From the IMG/VR virus record IMGVR_UViG_3300033145_003233, positions 186,001 through 250,000 of that record: a stretch of DNA of 64,000 nt; one strand, given 5' to 3'. The translations under genes and the position numbers were made by a program. Of the stretch, positions 9,571 through 20,136 are shown one piece after another. The notes under the pieces were generated by a model, which was not told where the DNA came from, did not search any database, and saw only the letters and a program-made list of their open reading frames with translations. Positions within the stretch are counted from its first letter, which is position 1; each line of letters starts with the position of its first letter.

Positions 9571-10116
9571 TTATTTACCTTTCTTATCCTTTGCGAAACT
9601 AATATCTTCCCAGAAATCACGTCCCAATTCATTAGAACTCCATCCAAAAGCACCCAATAAGTTAGGTGATGCAGAATGAAATAGATCCTCTTTCTTCAGT
9701 TTTTTGATAGCAGCTACTGCTTTTTCTCTTATTTTATCAGAGATATTTTTTCTATTTATTTCCTTTATACATCTCTCTTTAATTTCTGAAAATGTATAAC
9801 TTTTTCCATTTTTAGGGCCTGGGTAATCTGAGAATTCCATTTCTTGATCTACTCTTTCCTTGACTATTTTCCCAGTCTTAGTTGTATAGACATTATAAGC
9901 GGTTCCTCCTCTTGGCAAGAATCCGTATCTATCCCGGCAGATTTCTATAGAGATGTGTTTTACTCCTTTATCACTATAATCATCAGTGCGTCTTCCTGAT
10001 CCGAAATAAGTACATCCATGCCACTTTGTTATACCTGTTTCAATATCTTCCCATACGCCTACATCATCACAATGGGAATTTCTTGTTAAATATACATCAA
10101 ATTGTTTCTTCATCAT
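9571..10116 (-). CDS. Hypothetical protein, paralog family B
   Basis: Same motifs. Confidence 0.8.
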   Translation of the reverse strand: MMKKQFDVYLTRNSHCDDVGVWEDIETGITKWHGCTYFGSGRRTDDYSDKGVKHISIEICRDRYGFLPRGGTAYNVYTTKTGKIVKERVDQEMEFSDYPGPKNGKSYTFSEIKERCIKEINRKNISDKIREKAVAAIKKLKKEDLFHSASPNLLGAFGWSSNELGRDFWEDISFAKDKKGK

Positions 10117-10453
10117 TATTTCCTTTAATCGTTTTTTCGACTATTTGTTTTCCTACCATATACTGAGCCTCTACTTCCATTGTTGGTCCTCCTCCGCAGC
10201 CCATATCTTGCCATACATCTTCAAGCATTTTTAGAACTTCTTTTCTTTTTTCTACAGGAAGAAGATTCATTAACTCTCTTGCTGTCATTTCTTTGTCTAC
10301 ATTATATAAGACAACGTATATTAACTTCCCATTATCTGATGTTATTTTAGTATCAACTACAATTACATTGGGATTATCTTTTAACCATTTCCCTACTTGG
10401 CTTGCCATCGATCCAGCACAAGAAATGAACTCATCGAATATTTTTACTTCCAT
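10097..10453 (-). CDS. Hypothetical protein
   Basis: ORF track, fits gene packing. Confidence 0.6.
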   Translation of the reverse strand: MEVKIFDEFISCAGSMASQVGKWLKDNPNVIVVDTKITSDNGKLIYVVLYNVDKEMTARELMNLLPVEKRKEVLKMLEDVWQDMGCGGGPTMEVEAQYMVGKQIVEKTIKGNNDEETI

Positions 10454-10466
10454 TATTATTCCTTCC

Positions 10467-11483
10467 TTATTTTACTGCTACAGCACTCTTAACTAATGGG
10501 CATTGAGGATTCCCATGTTTAAAATTTCCATATTTTGCGAAAGTTGCACTCTGACAATCTGTTCTGGAGCATTTGTCCCAATATCCACATCCTTCGCATT
10601 CTTCAGGCTTGGGCTTTTCTGCCTTTTCCCGAACTATTTTTAACAGGGGATGATTATACCATATGTCAGTCACTTTGTCAAGTGAAATATTCCCAAGTGA
10701 AATAGGATATGCCCCACATATCTTCACATCTCCATTAGGAGTGACGACAAGGTATCCTGTTGGCCCTTTCCCACAGTTACAGGGGCTAAGTTCCTCTGAG
10801 GATATAGTATCATCTACAAGGAACTCATAGCACAGGGGCAGGAGGTCTGTCCTGATCTCAGGATTATTCTTTTTGAATTGTATTAGAGTTTTAGCCATCA
10901 TAAGGACTTGGTGTGGTTCCATTTCGTATTCATTATCTATTTCTTCTACTTCTACTCTGTTGTAGGGTTTGATTTGGAACCATTCTATTCCTGCTTTAGG
11001 GACATTTTCTAAGACCATATCAAGACGTTTATTTAAGTAGCTTTCTCTTGTTACGGTATATTTGACCATTTGAGGAAATCCATATAGTTTCAACACCTCC
11101 ATAAGTTTTTTTATTTCTTCCCAATCGACAGGATCATAGATACTTATTCTGAATCTTGTCAGTCCTGCACTTTTAAAATCTGCTAATGTTCTATAATCTA
11201 TAAGTGTTCCATTAGTAAATATACAGGTTTCTTTTCCTTGGCTGTGGGCTAGTTCCACTATTTTAAGAGTCGTATTTATATATGGCAGGTATAGTGGTTC
11301 TCCTCCTGTAATGATAATTCTATCTACATTTTCCCTTACCATTTCTTCGTTCATCACTTTTTCAACATGGTCAAAATCAAGCATTGGAGATTTATCTTTT
11401 AGTTGTTGCAGGCAGAATCCGCATTTAAGATTGCAATCATAGCCTATTGCCAGTTTAAGTTGTTTTAGTATAGGAGCATCCAT
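10467..11483 (-). CDS. Radical SAM/SPASM-domain protein
   Basis: CNLKCGFC (CX3CX2C), ITGGEP, CNCG...VVTPNGDVKIC, CEGC...C...C. Confidence 0.9.
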   Translation of the reverse strand: MDAPILKQLKLAIGYDCNLKCGFCLQQLKDKSPMLDFDHVEKVMNEEMVRENVDRIIITGGEPLYLPYINTTLKIVELAHSQGKETCIFTNGTLIDYRTLADFKSAGLTRFRISIYDPVDWEEIKKLMEVLKLYGFPQMVKYTVTRESYLNKRLDMVLENVPKAGIEWFQIKPYNRVEVEEIDNEYEMEPHQVLMMAKTLIQFKKNNPEIRTDLLPLCYEFLVDDTISSEELSPCNCGKGPTGYLVVTPNGDVKICGAYPISLGNISLDKVTDIWYNHPLLKIVREKAEKPKPEECEGCGYWDKCSRTDCQSATFAKYGNFKHGNPQCPLVKSAVAVK

Positions 11484-11486
11484 ATT

Positions 11487-11851
11487 TTATCTTACCACAT
11501 CTTTCAGGCTAAAATTCTTTATTTTATATGGTCGTGAATTTTTACACTGTCCACATGTTACTTTCTTTTTATCTTTTGTCCAAAGTTTACCTTCAGGCCA
11601 GACTCCACAAGCGAGGTTTATCTGGTGAATCATTACTTTATAATGTATCTTTTTCTTCTTTATATTTTTTCTCCGCAATCATTACACCACTCACTTTCAG
11701 CATCTTTGAGAGTTGAACCATGCCCCTTTTTCCCACACTCTTTTTGAAGAGCCTCGAGTTCCATATAAAAGCCGGTCCTAACCTGCTTCGCCTCCATATC
11801 GGCAATAACAATAGATCTTTCTATTCTTACTCTTCTTTCTTCTATAGTCAT
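11487..11851 (-). CDS. Two small Cys-containing proteins (11487-11678, 11660-11851)
   Basis: VTCGQC and WCNDC motifs. Confidence 0.55.
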
Positions 11852-11852
11852 T

Positions 11853-12947
11853 TTATCCTTCCACCTCCTGAGGTATTAAATTTGCCGATTCTAAATATTT
11901 TACAATATGATCAAACACAAAATAATACCCCTTACAGAAATCTTCTCTGTCTTTGTATTCTTCTATCCCTGCTGCATATGCCAGGAAGAAACAACCTCCC
12001 TTACATATAGAGTTATATTTACAGGTAGGGCAAACTTCTCCTGTGGACTTCCCCACTTTCGCCAAGAAGGTTTTTCGTTCCTCTGAATTTAGAATATCTT
12101 CCAGGTTATTAGTAGTTAAACTACCAAAGCAGGTCTTGGGATGAGCTAGGAACTTATTACATGATGGAAAGACCATACCTTCTGGGTTAATAGCAAATAT
12201 TTGATCTTGACAATGGAAACAGGGCCTATCTACATCTATCTGCTTAAGATGTTTCTGACAGGCATTCATTATATTATCTAATGGAGTTATTCTTTCGAGA
12301 CATTGTTCTCCTCTTTCTCCCATCCACAAGTCGAACAGTTCTATCAGGAATCTACCAAACTGACCTTTCTCCTGTATCATGAGATCTGTATTCTGTTCTC
12401 CATTCCCTTGTACCACAAAGCGAGATACTGAGAAGCTGGTTATATTCTGCTGTTGTAAGAATTGATAAATTTCTTTTGCTTGATGTATATTTCTATTAGT
12501 AACTACTGTATTAACATTTACTGCCATTCCTGCTTTTTGGAGTTTCTTAATTGTTTCCATAGTATCTCTGAAGTTATTCACCACTCTTAGAGAATCATGG
12601 TTTTGTGATGGCAGGTCAAGGCTTGTTCTTATTTGAAAATTATGATCTGCAAAGTATGTCATACGGTCTTCAGACATTAATGTAAGATTAGTTTGTATTA
12701 TATTAGTGAAGTTGATATTAGTTATTTTCTTTTGTGTTTTAACTATTGTTACGAAATATGACATAGACTGTAATAGAGGTTCTCCTCCTGTCCATGAGAT
12801 AGTTACATCTCCATCGCAGAATTCAGCTATTTGGTATAGAACTTTCTCTACTGTCTCATTTGACATATATTTAGGATCATCTGTTTTAGCATAGCAATAA
12901 TCACAATCCAGATTACAGTAATCAGTTGTCCTGATAGCGAAGTTCAT
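11853..12947 (-). CDS. Radical SAM/SPASM protein, anaerobic sulfatase maturase (AtsB/anSME)-like
   Basis: CNLDCDYC, WTGGEPLL, TSLD, INPEGMVFPSC, CPTCKYNSICKGGC. Confidence 0.9.
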   Translation of the reverse strand: MNFAIRTTDYCNLDCDYCYAKTDDPKYMSNETVEKVLYQIAEFCDGDVTISWTGGEPLLQSMSYFVTIVKTQKKITNINFTNIIQTNLTLMSEDRMTYFADHNFQIRTSLDLPSQNHDSLRVVNNFRDTMETIKKLQKAGMAVNVNTVVTNRNIHQAKEIYQFLQQQNITSFSVSRFVVQGNGEQNTDLMIQEKGQFGRFLIELFDLWMGERGEQCLERITPLDNIMNACQKHLKQIDVDRPCFHCQDQIFAINPEGMVFPSCNKFLAHPKTCFGSLTTNNLEDILNSEERKTFLAKVGKSTGEVCPTCKYNSICKGGCFFLAYAAGIEEYKDREDFCKGYYFVFDHIVKYLESANLIPQEVEG

Positions 12948-14740
12948 GATTTCTCCTTTTCTATTTTATATCCTACAAGATCAAACACCACAGTATCTAT
13001 TCCACCATCTTCTATTGCTATACCGTAAAACCCTTCATCTTCAGCATCTATTTCCATATCTTTCAGTCTCAACATAACTTCTACGATGCCGCCTGTTAAA
13101 GTTACATTTCTTTGTATAATTTGTTTTACAGGTTGTCCTGCTGAAATGCTCAATCAATTCTCCTTAATAGTGATGGATTTGTTCTGTTCCATCAGCATTT
13201 GTCTCTACAATATCTCCTGTTTTATCATGTATGGTATAACGATGGCCTCTACCTTCAGCACTAATTTTAGCACAGACATCTCCACACACTACTATTTTTC
13301 CGCAGCCTAGTCCTTTTTCATCGAAATCAAATTCTTCTTTACATACGGAGCATATTCTCATATCACTCATATATTTTCTCCTTCTGCTTTTTTATTATAA
13401 GCATCTTGTTCTTCTTTTGTCATACATTCACAAAAATATTCATCTCCGAAGCCATTTCCTATGATACCTTCTCCATTACAATTCCTTAATTTACATACTC
13501 TTAGTCCTAGTATTTCCCTAGTCCCCCAGAATAAATCTTCATGGTCATAGAATAGTCCTAAATAATCTCTACCTTGATGTTCCTCAAGAAGCTTTATAGC
13601 AGTTTGGAGTTTTTCCTGATCGGCTTTCATCCTCTCATATGCTTTCTTTGGATTTTCTCGTATATTATTAACTGCTTCTAATATTGGATCTGATACTTCA
13701 TTAACTTTCATCTGTCATGCCTTATTATAAAATCTAATCCTATACTTAGAGGTTTAAAGATACACCATAATAACAAGCATACTATAGCGATTATCACCAT
13801 CATCCACGAGAACAAGGCTCCTGCTGCTGCTATAACCCCTTCATCATGATCATCAAATAATGTTTTTCTTAATAGTATATAAGCTGCTAAATAACCTATT
13901 AGATATATAACTATTGGCATTGTTTCTTCTCCTTTTCTTCTAGGTCATTACAATATGCTAATATTCTCATAATTCTAAAAGGCAGATCTCTATGTTCTAT
14001 TTTATCTGCTCCTATTTTTTCAAGTGTTTCTGGTTCTATAAGCATTTCAATATGGATTTCTATATCTTTCAGTTGTTGTTCCCATGGTCTTGGGTCTGTC
14101 CAATGACAATTACAGGGTTCTGAGTGTGTACATGGGTTCCCATCATCATCATGGACATTGAGTTGTTCCATATACATCTTAATGGCTTCTCGAGACTCTT
14201 CTAGTTCTTTTATTGCCTCTATTGTTTCGATAGCCCATTTCAGTTGTTCTTCCCATACTGGTATAGATATTCTTTTCATCCATCCTGTATAGTGGTCTCC
14301 ATCTTGCTCTTCGAATTTTTTATGTTGTTCTAAATCTCTTTTCAGACATTTTTCGATACGCTCCTTGTCTGAGATAAGGTATTTTTTTAGTTCTTCTAAA
14401 TCTATCATATTTTCCTCTTCTTCTTTATCTTTTTTCTCTTTGCCCTTATAGCATCTACTGTAGCTGATACTTTAGCTGATATTCGAGCTTCAGCGTTACA
14501 TGGGCCACAAATCACAGTGGTTGGTCCTTTTTCATCAGTAGTTGCCCATGTTCTTTTACAGACAGGGCATCTCATTTGTCTATATTCTATATAGATAGCA
14601 ACTTCCCCATCTGAACATATTCCTGAAATAGGCCTAGATGATTCTACCATATCACCTTCTATCTTGATAATCTCAAGTTCTAGGTCTCCCCATTGGTCTA
14701 TCTTTTCTTGTATTTTTTTTATTACTTCTGAAGCTTTCAT
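12944..14740 (-). CDS. Run of six hypothetical ORFs (12944-13153, 13164-13370, 13367-13711, 13708-13920, 13911-14408, 14405-14740)
   Basis: Contiguous, overlapping starts and stops. Confidence 0.6.
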
Positions 14741-14964
14741 TATTCTACCTCTGTAAAACTTACGCTATTAAATGGTTCATCAAAACCTGTTAGATAATAT
14801 AGAGTATGCCATGTATGGGGTTCTATATCGTCTACTTCATAGGTCTCACCAATTGTAAGACATTTCCTGGGATCTGATCCTTGTCCCCAGTTTGCTTGTT
14901 CATCTTCACAACCATCAAATTTAACTTTCATTATTCTTGATGCTCCTTTTTCCATTTTGCACAA
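14740..14964 (-). CDS. Small beta-rich phage protein, paralog of 20136-20402
   Basis: LT.G.TY.....E.H..HT...L..F...PFNS..F shared between the two. Confidence 0.6.
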   Translation of the reverse strand: MCKMEKGASRIMKVKFDGCEDEQANWGQGSDPRKCLTIGETYEVDDIEPHTWHTLYYLTGFDEPFNSVSFTEVE

Positions 14965-15509
14965 CTAATATTTGACCAGAATGAGCTTCTCAGATCGTGC
15001 TCCATCTCATGCTCTCCCCATGCAAAAGCAGATACAAGGCTAGGTGCTGGATGGTCGAATAAATCTTTCCATTTTAATGCCTTAATAGCATCCAGTGCTT
15101 CTCTCGTTCTTTGCGTAGAGATTCTCTTTCCGATTATCTCTTTTATACACCCTTCTTTAACTTCTCTGAGTGTATATTTTCTCCCATTCTTAGGGTCTGG
15201 ATAATCCGAGTATACCATTTCGGTATCAACTCTTTTACGGATTCTTCTTCCAGTCTTACTTGTATAAACATTATAGGCTGTTCCTTCTTCTGGATAAAAT
15301 CCATATCTTTCCAGACAGATCATGGCAGAGATCTCTACTCCTCCGCGAGAGCGAAAATTATCTATGTTTCGTCCTGACCCAAAGCAGGTACACCCATGCC
15401 ATTTTGTTATACCTGTTTCAATATCTTCCCATACTTTTACGTCATTGCTCTGGGTGTCTCTTGTTACGTATACATCAAATTGTTTCTTCATCATTATTTC
15501 CTTTCTCAT
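14931..15509 (-). CDS. Hypothetical protein, paralog family B (dispersed copy)
   Basis: MMKKQFDVY start identical to 9571-10116. Confidence 0.8.
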   Translation of the reverse strand: MRKEIMMKKQFDVYVTRDTQSNDVKVWEDIETGITKWHGCTCFGSGRNIDNFRSRGGVEISAMICLERYGFYPEEGTAYNVYTSKTGRRIRKRVDTEMVYSDYPDPKNGRKYTLREVKEGCIKEIIGKRISTQRTREALDAIKALKWKDLFDHPAPSLVSAFAWGEHEMEHDLRSSFWSNISCAKWKKEHQE

Positions 15510-16308
15510 TTATAATTTTCCAGTATTTAGCATATTCAGCTATTTGTTCTTCCAGTTTAATTGGTTGATCATGCATTCGTCTATGGTAGCTTGTAAGGAT
15601 AATACCTGACATATCATCAGCATGGTGTACACCTTTAGCTTCGAACCATACTTTTAAAGGACCTACTTCCCATAGTCCCCATTCATTCCTTATCCACCTA
15701 CCCATACAATGATGCATTTCCACAGTAAATGTTTCTTCGTCTGTATTTTTTATTTCTTCTCTATCAATATCTTCCAAATGAGTATCCAGAGCTACTATTG
15801 CTTCTTCAAGAGTTGTTGGTATTTCTATCGCCAACTTTTCCGGTTCTGGTTGTTTATCCATTCTCAAAGCTTCTCTTGCTCTTTTAATACGCATGTAACC
15901 TATCGAAGCATTATATACGACTTGTTGTGGTGCTACTTCTATTCCTCCTCTAGGCACAGTAGCATCATCTATAGTGAGGTACATATCGAGGAGGTATCTT
16001 AATGCATTTCTTAGTATTTTTATTTCTTCTACTGCATCAAAATCATCTTTCCGATCATGTATTCCTCTATGATTAGAGCATAGCAGTCCTGGATATGTTC
16101 TTATATGATTTCCGCAATAGTGATATGTCGAGTTATGATTCTCACTTATTTCTATCATAAGCTTTCTAAGATTATCATTATCTACAGAGAGACTTTTATG
16201 TTCTTTAACCATTCGTGAGGCACAGTGAAGACAATATCCCTCTACGCTAACATATTGTCCTGTTTCCTCTTTGCATTTTTTACATTTTTTGCTTTTTGCT
16301 TCAGGCAT
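15475..16308 (-). CDS. Protein with C-terminal DUF6794-like domain
   Basis: HHCMGRWIRNEWGLW...GVHHADDMSGIILTSYHR. Confidence 0.65.
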   Translation of the reverse strand: MPEAKSKKCKKCKEETGQYVSVEGYCLHCASRMVKEHKSLSVDNDNLRKLMIEISENHNSTYHYCGNHIRTYPGLLCSNHRGIHDRKDDFDAVEEIKILRNALRYLLDMYLTIDDATVPRGGIEVAPQQVVYNASIGYMRIKRAREALRMDKQPEPEKLAIEIPTTLEEAIVALDTHLEDIDREEIKNTDEETFTVEMHHCMGRWIRNEWGLWEVGPLKVWFEAKGVHHADDMSGIILTSYHRRMHDQPIKLEEQIAEYAKYWKIINEKGNNDEETI

Positions 16309-18769
16309 TTTTTTTAAATCCTCTTAGCCATGTTTTAAAATTTTCTTTTGTTTGGGTCCTATCGGGATCTCTGATATAACTCCATGCAAAACCTATTAAT
16401 ACTCCTATCCCTACTATTCCGCTATTTATCAGGAGAGATTCTCCCGCTAAATAACAAACAAACAATACTACCAGGATAGTTATTGCCGATATTAATACCA
16501 TTTTAGTTGGACGTCTCATTTTATTCTTCTTTCTAACCTATTTATTCTTTCTCTTAGTCTCGCTATTATATAAACGCAGATAGGTATCTTCCCTTTTCTT
16601 ACTTGCATTGCCCACCACTGCCAGTATCGTTTATTAACCACCTACATCTACCTCTATCTTTTTAATTTCTTCCATATATTTTCTAACTGCTTTTAAAACG
16701 TCCTGATGAAATTCATTACAAGCATCTGGAAATAGTTTTAACTCACTCATTACAGAACCCAACTTCTCTGAGCCAATGCATGCTTTACCGCATACAAGTG
16801 AAACATTATTTGATTCTAACAATTTTTCACACTCGATAATCATTTCCAAGACTTTTAGTTTTCTCTCTGCTTCTGATTTTTCTAAATAGAATTCTGATAT
16901 TTTAGCCATCGATTTTCTCCATTAAAGTTCTCACTTCATCTGGGTCTGGAGTCCCATCCATTTCCTCTGCAAGCTCTTCATCTAAATCATCTCCTCTGCA
17001 TAGGCACTCCATTATATACAGAGCATGAGTAATAAGAGTTTTTTCTCTGGGATTTAGATTCATGTTTTTTTCTGTTTCTTCTTCTTAGTTTTAGCCTTAG
17101 CCTTAACTTTGGGTTCCTGTTCTCCTGCTTCGTGATATTCTCTACCCCAAGCATCTGGCCTTCCGTACCCGCTTGCCAGTACTTGATCTACTCTCCATCC
17201 ATTGAATGGAACTTTTTTTACAGTTTCAACGAAATCTGGTTTCTTCTTCGGCTTTTCATCGAATGAAGAATATTTACGAATAGGCATTATAATCACTTCG
17301 CATTCCCACATCTCAGAGAACATCTCATTTTCAGGTAGTACTAGTTTTCCTCCTTTGGGAGAAACTACTGCTCCTGCCATTAGCACAAGAGGCATACCAC
17401 CTATCTCTCCTCCTCTTGGAGACATGTAGAATTTTCCTATGCAGGTTACTGCTCCTTTTCTTCCTGAAATTTGTTCAGCATAATCATCTGTCATTATAAC
17501 ATCTCCTTTTTAATCTTCTTCTCCTAGTAGATAAACGCAATTTCCTTCACTAGAAATATCTATAACGCTTATATGTGTACACATTCCTGTTTCACACCTA
17601 TATTCTGATTGCCCGCAACTGTTGCAGGATTCATCTCTTCCTATTTCCATATGTAATTTCACATCATCTCCATGTTTTTTTTGTATTTGCTGGAGAGTTT
17701 CTATCGCTTCTTTAATTGTAATCATTTTCATTTTTAACTTTCTATTTCTAAAGGTTCCAACGCTGCTATAGCGTTAATGTATTCTTCGTTATCTACAGTA
17801 GCTTGATTCACACTTTTTCTTACTTCCGTTAGATCTACTTTTATCCCTTGTTCTGCTAAAAACTCTGACAACTCTTTAATATTATCAGCTAATAGGTATA
17901 CTGTGCCATAGTGATGATAGAAAAAGACATCTGGAGTTATATACATTTTTACAGGACTAAAAAGTTTAAGGATAGGATCTTTTAATTTTTCCAGCCAATC
18001 TTTATAACTTTGAGTATGGATTGTTGTCCCTGCTACTATTTGATATCTATTATGTGATCCACCTGGGATATACTTCCATATCACATCAGCTAGGATTTTT
18101 CTACTTCTCAGCAATTTCATACAATACTGTTCTCTCATCTTCAATATCTGTTGCTTCTCATTGAGAAGAGCATTTACGTGCTCGGACAAGTCTTCCATCT
18201 CTTCTGTTGCTTCATTGATAGATTTTATTAGGTCTTCTTCTATTTTTTTATCCATTTTATTCACTCTCCATGGAATCTATCATAAAATCTTCGAAAGACT
18301 TATCAAATTCGAATCCCAGTTTCGTCATTAATTCCCATATCGCTTCTCTCTTCTGTAGAATCCCTGATTCCCATATCCCGTCCATCGCTTCACCGAATCC
18401 ATAATCATTAAGAGCATTTGAAGTATCATCCGAGTAGAAATCAGCACAGCATTTATTATTTACCCATGTATCTTTATCAGAAACAAATACATAAAACATA
18501 TTTGGATCATCAAAGCATGGTAATTTCCCTATTCCAAAGACAGAGTTGATCTGATAACATTTTGAAGCTTGTTCCAAATCGGGAGGAGAAATAGGAGAAA
18601 GATCAACTACATCATCTTTTTCTAATGCATACTTTAGTTGTTCGATTGTATGAATCTTATTGTCTCGTAATATTATACCTACCTGATTAACCGCATTGGC
18701 TTGTGTATATTTCAATTGTTCACTTAAGAAACCCGATATTTCTAATAATTGTTCTGATATTTTTTCCAT
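16301..18769 (-). CDS. Run of hypothetical ORFs (16301-16519, 16634-16909, 17060-17494, 17510-17731, 17734-18264, 18257-18769, plus two unlisted ORFs <60 aa)
   Basis: Contiguous minus-strand ORFs. Confidence 0.6.
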
Positions 18770-18774
18770 GTTTT

Positions 18775-19221
18775 TTATCCTACAATAGAGGTTTTATCTT
18801 CTGGGTCTGGCATCCACATTTTTTTAGTCACAATACACATATATCCGTCCTGATCTCCTATAGCTCTGATATATTTTTTAGGTATTTGAACCTTCACTAC
18901 CACGAACCTTGTAGTAGGATATGGGAACATCATATTTTTATATCTTGATGCCCCATATTTAGTTTTAAAGCAATGATAATAAGGAAGATATCTGAAGTCA
19001 GCTTTGCCAAAACGATAACGAAAAACTCTCATTCTTTTTCTTGTTGGGGCCTCGTTCCATCCTGTCTCAAAAGCTCCAATTTGTAGAATAGGAGCATAGT
19101 ATACTCCCTGGCCTGGAACAACATTCTTTACCCTCACTAACTTATAAGCTGTAAAAGTATCAGGAAGCTTTTCCTTCGCTTTTCTTTCTTCTTTCATTGA
19201 TAATTTTGTATCTATGCACAT
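18775..19221 (-). CDS. Divergent member of paralog family A
   Basis: MCI...FTAYKLV...YYHCF...A...IPKK.I..IG.QDG...IVTK. Confidence 0.65.
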   Translation of the reverse strand: MCIDTKLSMKEERKAKEKLPDTFTAYKLVRVKNVVPGQGVYYAPILQIGAFETGWNEAPTRKRMRVFRYRFGKADFRYLPYYHCFKTKYGASRYKNMMFPYPTTRFVVVKVQIPKKYIRAIGDQDGYMCIVTKKMWMPDPEDKTSIVG

Positions 19222-19226
19222 ATTAT

Positions 19227-19487
19227 TTATTTTCTACAAAAAGTAGTAACTATTTGTTTCCTTTTATTATCATAAACTACCCTATAAGTCTTTTCTTCGA
19301 ACTCAACGTCCCACACACCTACTCTTAATGATTGCTTTCTTACCAAAGTTGCTTTCTGATTTTGAATAAGAGCAACAAATTGTGCATTCTTATGCTTTCC
19401 AAAATTTATGCCTTGACGTTCTAGAAACCTATTTCTAACATGAATCGCCTGACAACGTTTCTTACTCTTCTTTGCCTTTTTTCTCAA
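19227..19487 (-). CDS. Small basic protein, possible RelE/BECR-like RNase fold
   Basis: H..NRF.ER helix followed by VWDV....YRVVYD....IVT strands. Confidence 0.4.
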   Translation of the reverse strand: MRKKAKKSKKRCQAIHVRNRFLERQGINFGKHKNAQFVALIQNQKATLVRKQSLRVGVWDVEFEEKTYRVVYDNKRKQIVTTFCRK

Positions 19488-19523
19488 TAACTTTCTAACT
19501 ACTTTACTCCTACTTTAATCTAA

Positions 19524-19669
19524 TCGGCGCGGGTGGATTCGAACACACCGTCCTTCTAGTTGTTCCACACAGGCTTAACTAGTATTTCCTTGTCTCTCTT
19601 GATGCCCAAGTTGCAACTTAGGCGAGAGTGACTGTGTGGCTAACTGCTCTACCGCTGAGCTACGCGCCG
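19524..19669 (-). ncRNA. tRNA-like RNA with the anticodon loop replaced by an ~80-nt multi-stem hairpin
   Basis: Acceptor CGGCGCG/CGCGCCG plus A73; U8 A9; D-arm GCTC-AGCGGTA-GAGC; T-loop GTTCGAATC. Extended arm has stems CCACACAG/CTGTGTGG, TCTC/GAGA and GCCTAAG/CTTGGGC. No CCA encoded. Confidence 0.8.
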
Positions 19670-19683
19670 TCTTAACTTTTTAA

Positions 19684-20136
19684 TTACTGATAATTTTCAT
19701 CTTGAATAATTCTATATCTATGAAAATATTCTAATGGTCTTAGCATATGATCTTCTCTATCCCAGAAGCCCCAATTTCTTCTTTTGGGCCAAAATAATAA
19801 CAACGTCCAAGCTCCTGCTTTTGGTATATCTAAATAATGTCTATCTTCTGCTTTAGCTCTCCATACTTCCCATGCTTTAACTTCTATCTCTTTTTTCCCA
19901 TCAGGGCTATCCTTATCAGGCACTACATTTTTATATCCACCTTTTAATATACAAGAGATAAGGTCAGAACCATGATCGTGAAAAAATCTTCTGTCATCTG
20001 ATTTCAACCAATGATGCAATCTAATAGAGAAACCAAAGAATAAGAATGTCCATCTATAGAGGTAAGGGCATTCAGGTTTACCTAATGCCTCTCTCCATCT
20101 TATTTGGAATTTCTTAAATTTTCTATAAGGTTTCAT
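19684..20136 (-). CDS. Cupin-like phage protein
   Basis: RLHHW..SDD..FFHDH...S.ILKGGY...RH...WTLL. Confidence 0.6.
   Translation of the reverse strand: MKPYRKFKKFQIRWREALGKPECPYLYRWTFLFFGFSIRLHHWLKSDDRRFFHDHGSDLISCILKGGYKNVVPDKDSPDGKKEIEVKAWEVWRAKAEDRHYLDIPKAGAWTLLLFWPKRRNWGFWDREDHMLRPLEYFHRYRIIQDENYQ

Noticed and set aside
10467-12947. QueE or other 7-deazaguanine biosynthesis radical SAM
   Set aside because: Both enzymes carry C-terminal SPASM clusters and are too long for QueE, and no folE, queD or queC is nearby.
12944-13153. Double-glycine RiPP precursor
   Set aside because: The TLTGG does not follow the usual ELSxxELxxVxGG leader and no peptidase or transporter is nearby. Kept only as a possible substrate.
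15308-15318. Additional TTTCCAGACA box copy
   Set aside because: It lies inside a coding region in the opposite orientation and is probably a chance match from the codons for C-L-E-R.
19524-19669. Ordinary tRNA, tRNA with a group I intron, tmRNA or canonical YrlA
   Set aside because: There is no U33/anticodon loop. The insert (~70 nt) is too short for a group I intron and I found no clean excision that restores a loop. It has a full D-stem and lacks G3-U70 and a tag ORF, so it is not tmRNA. Its D-then-T order with open acceptor ends is not the permuted YrlA topology.
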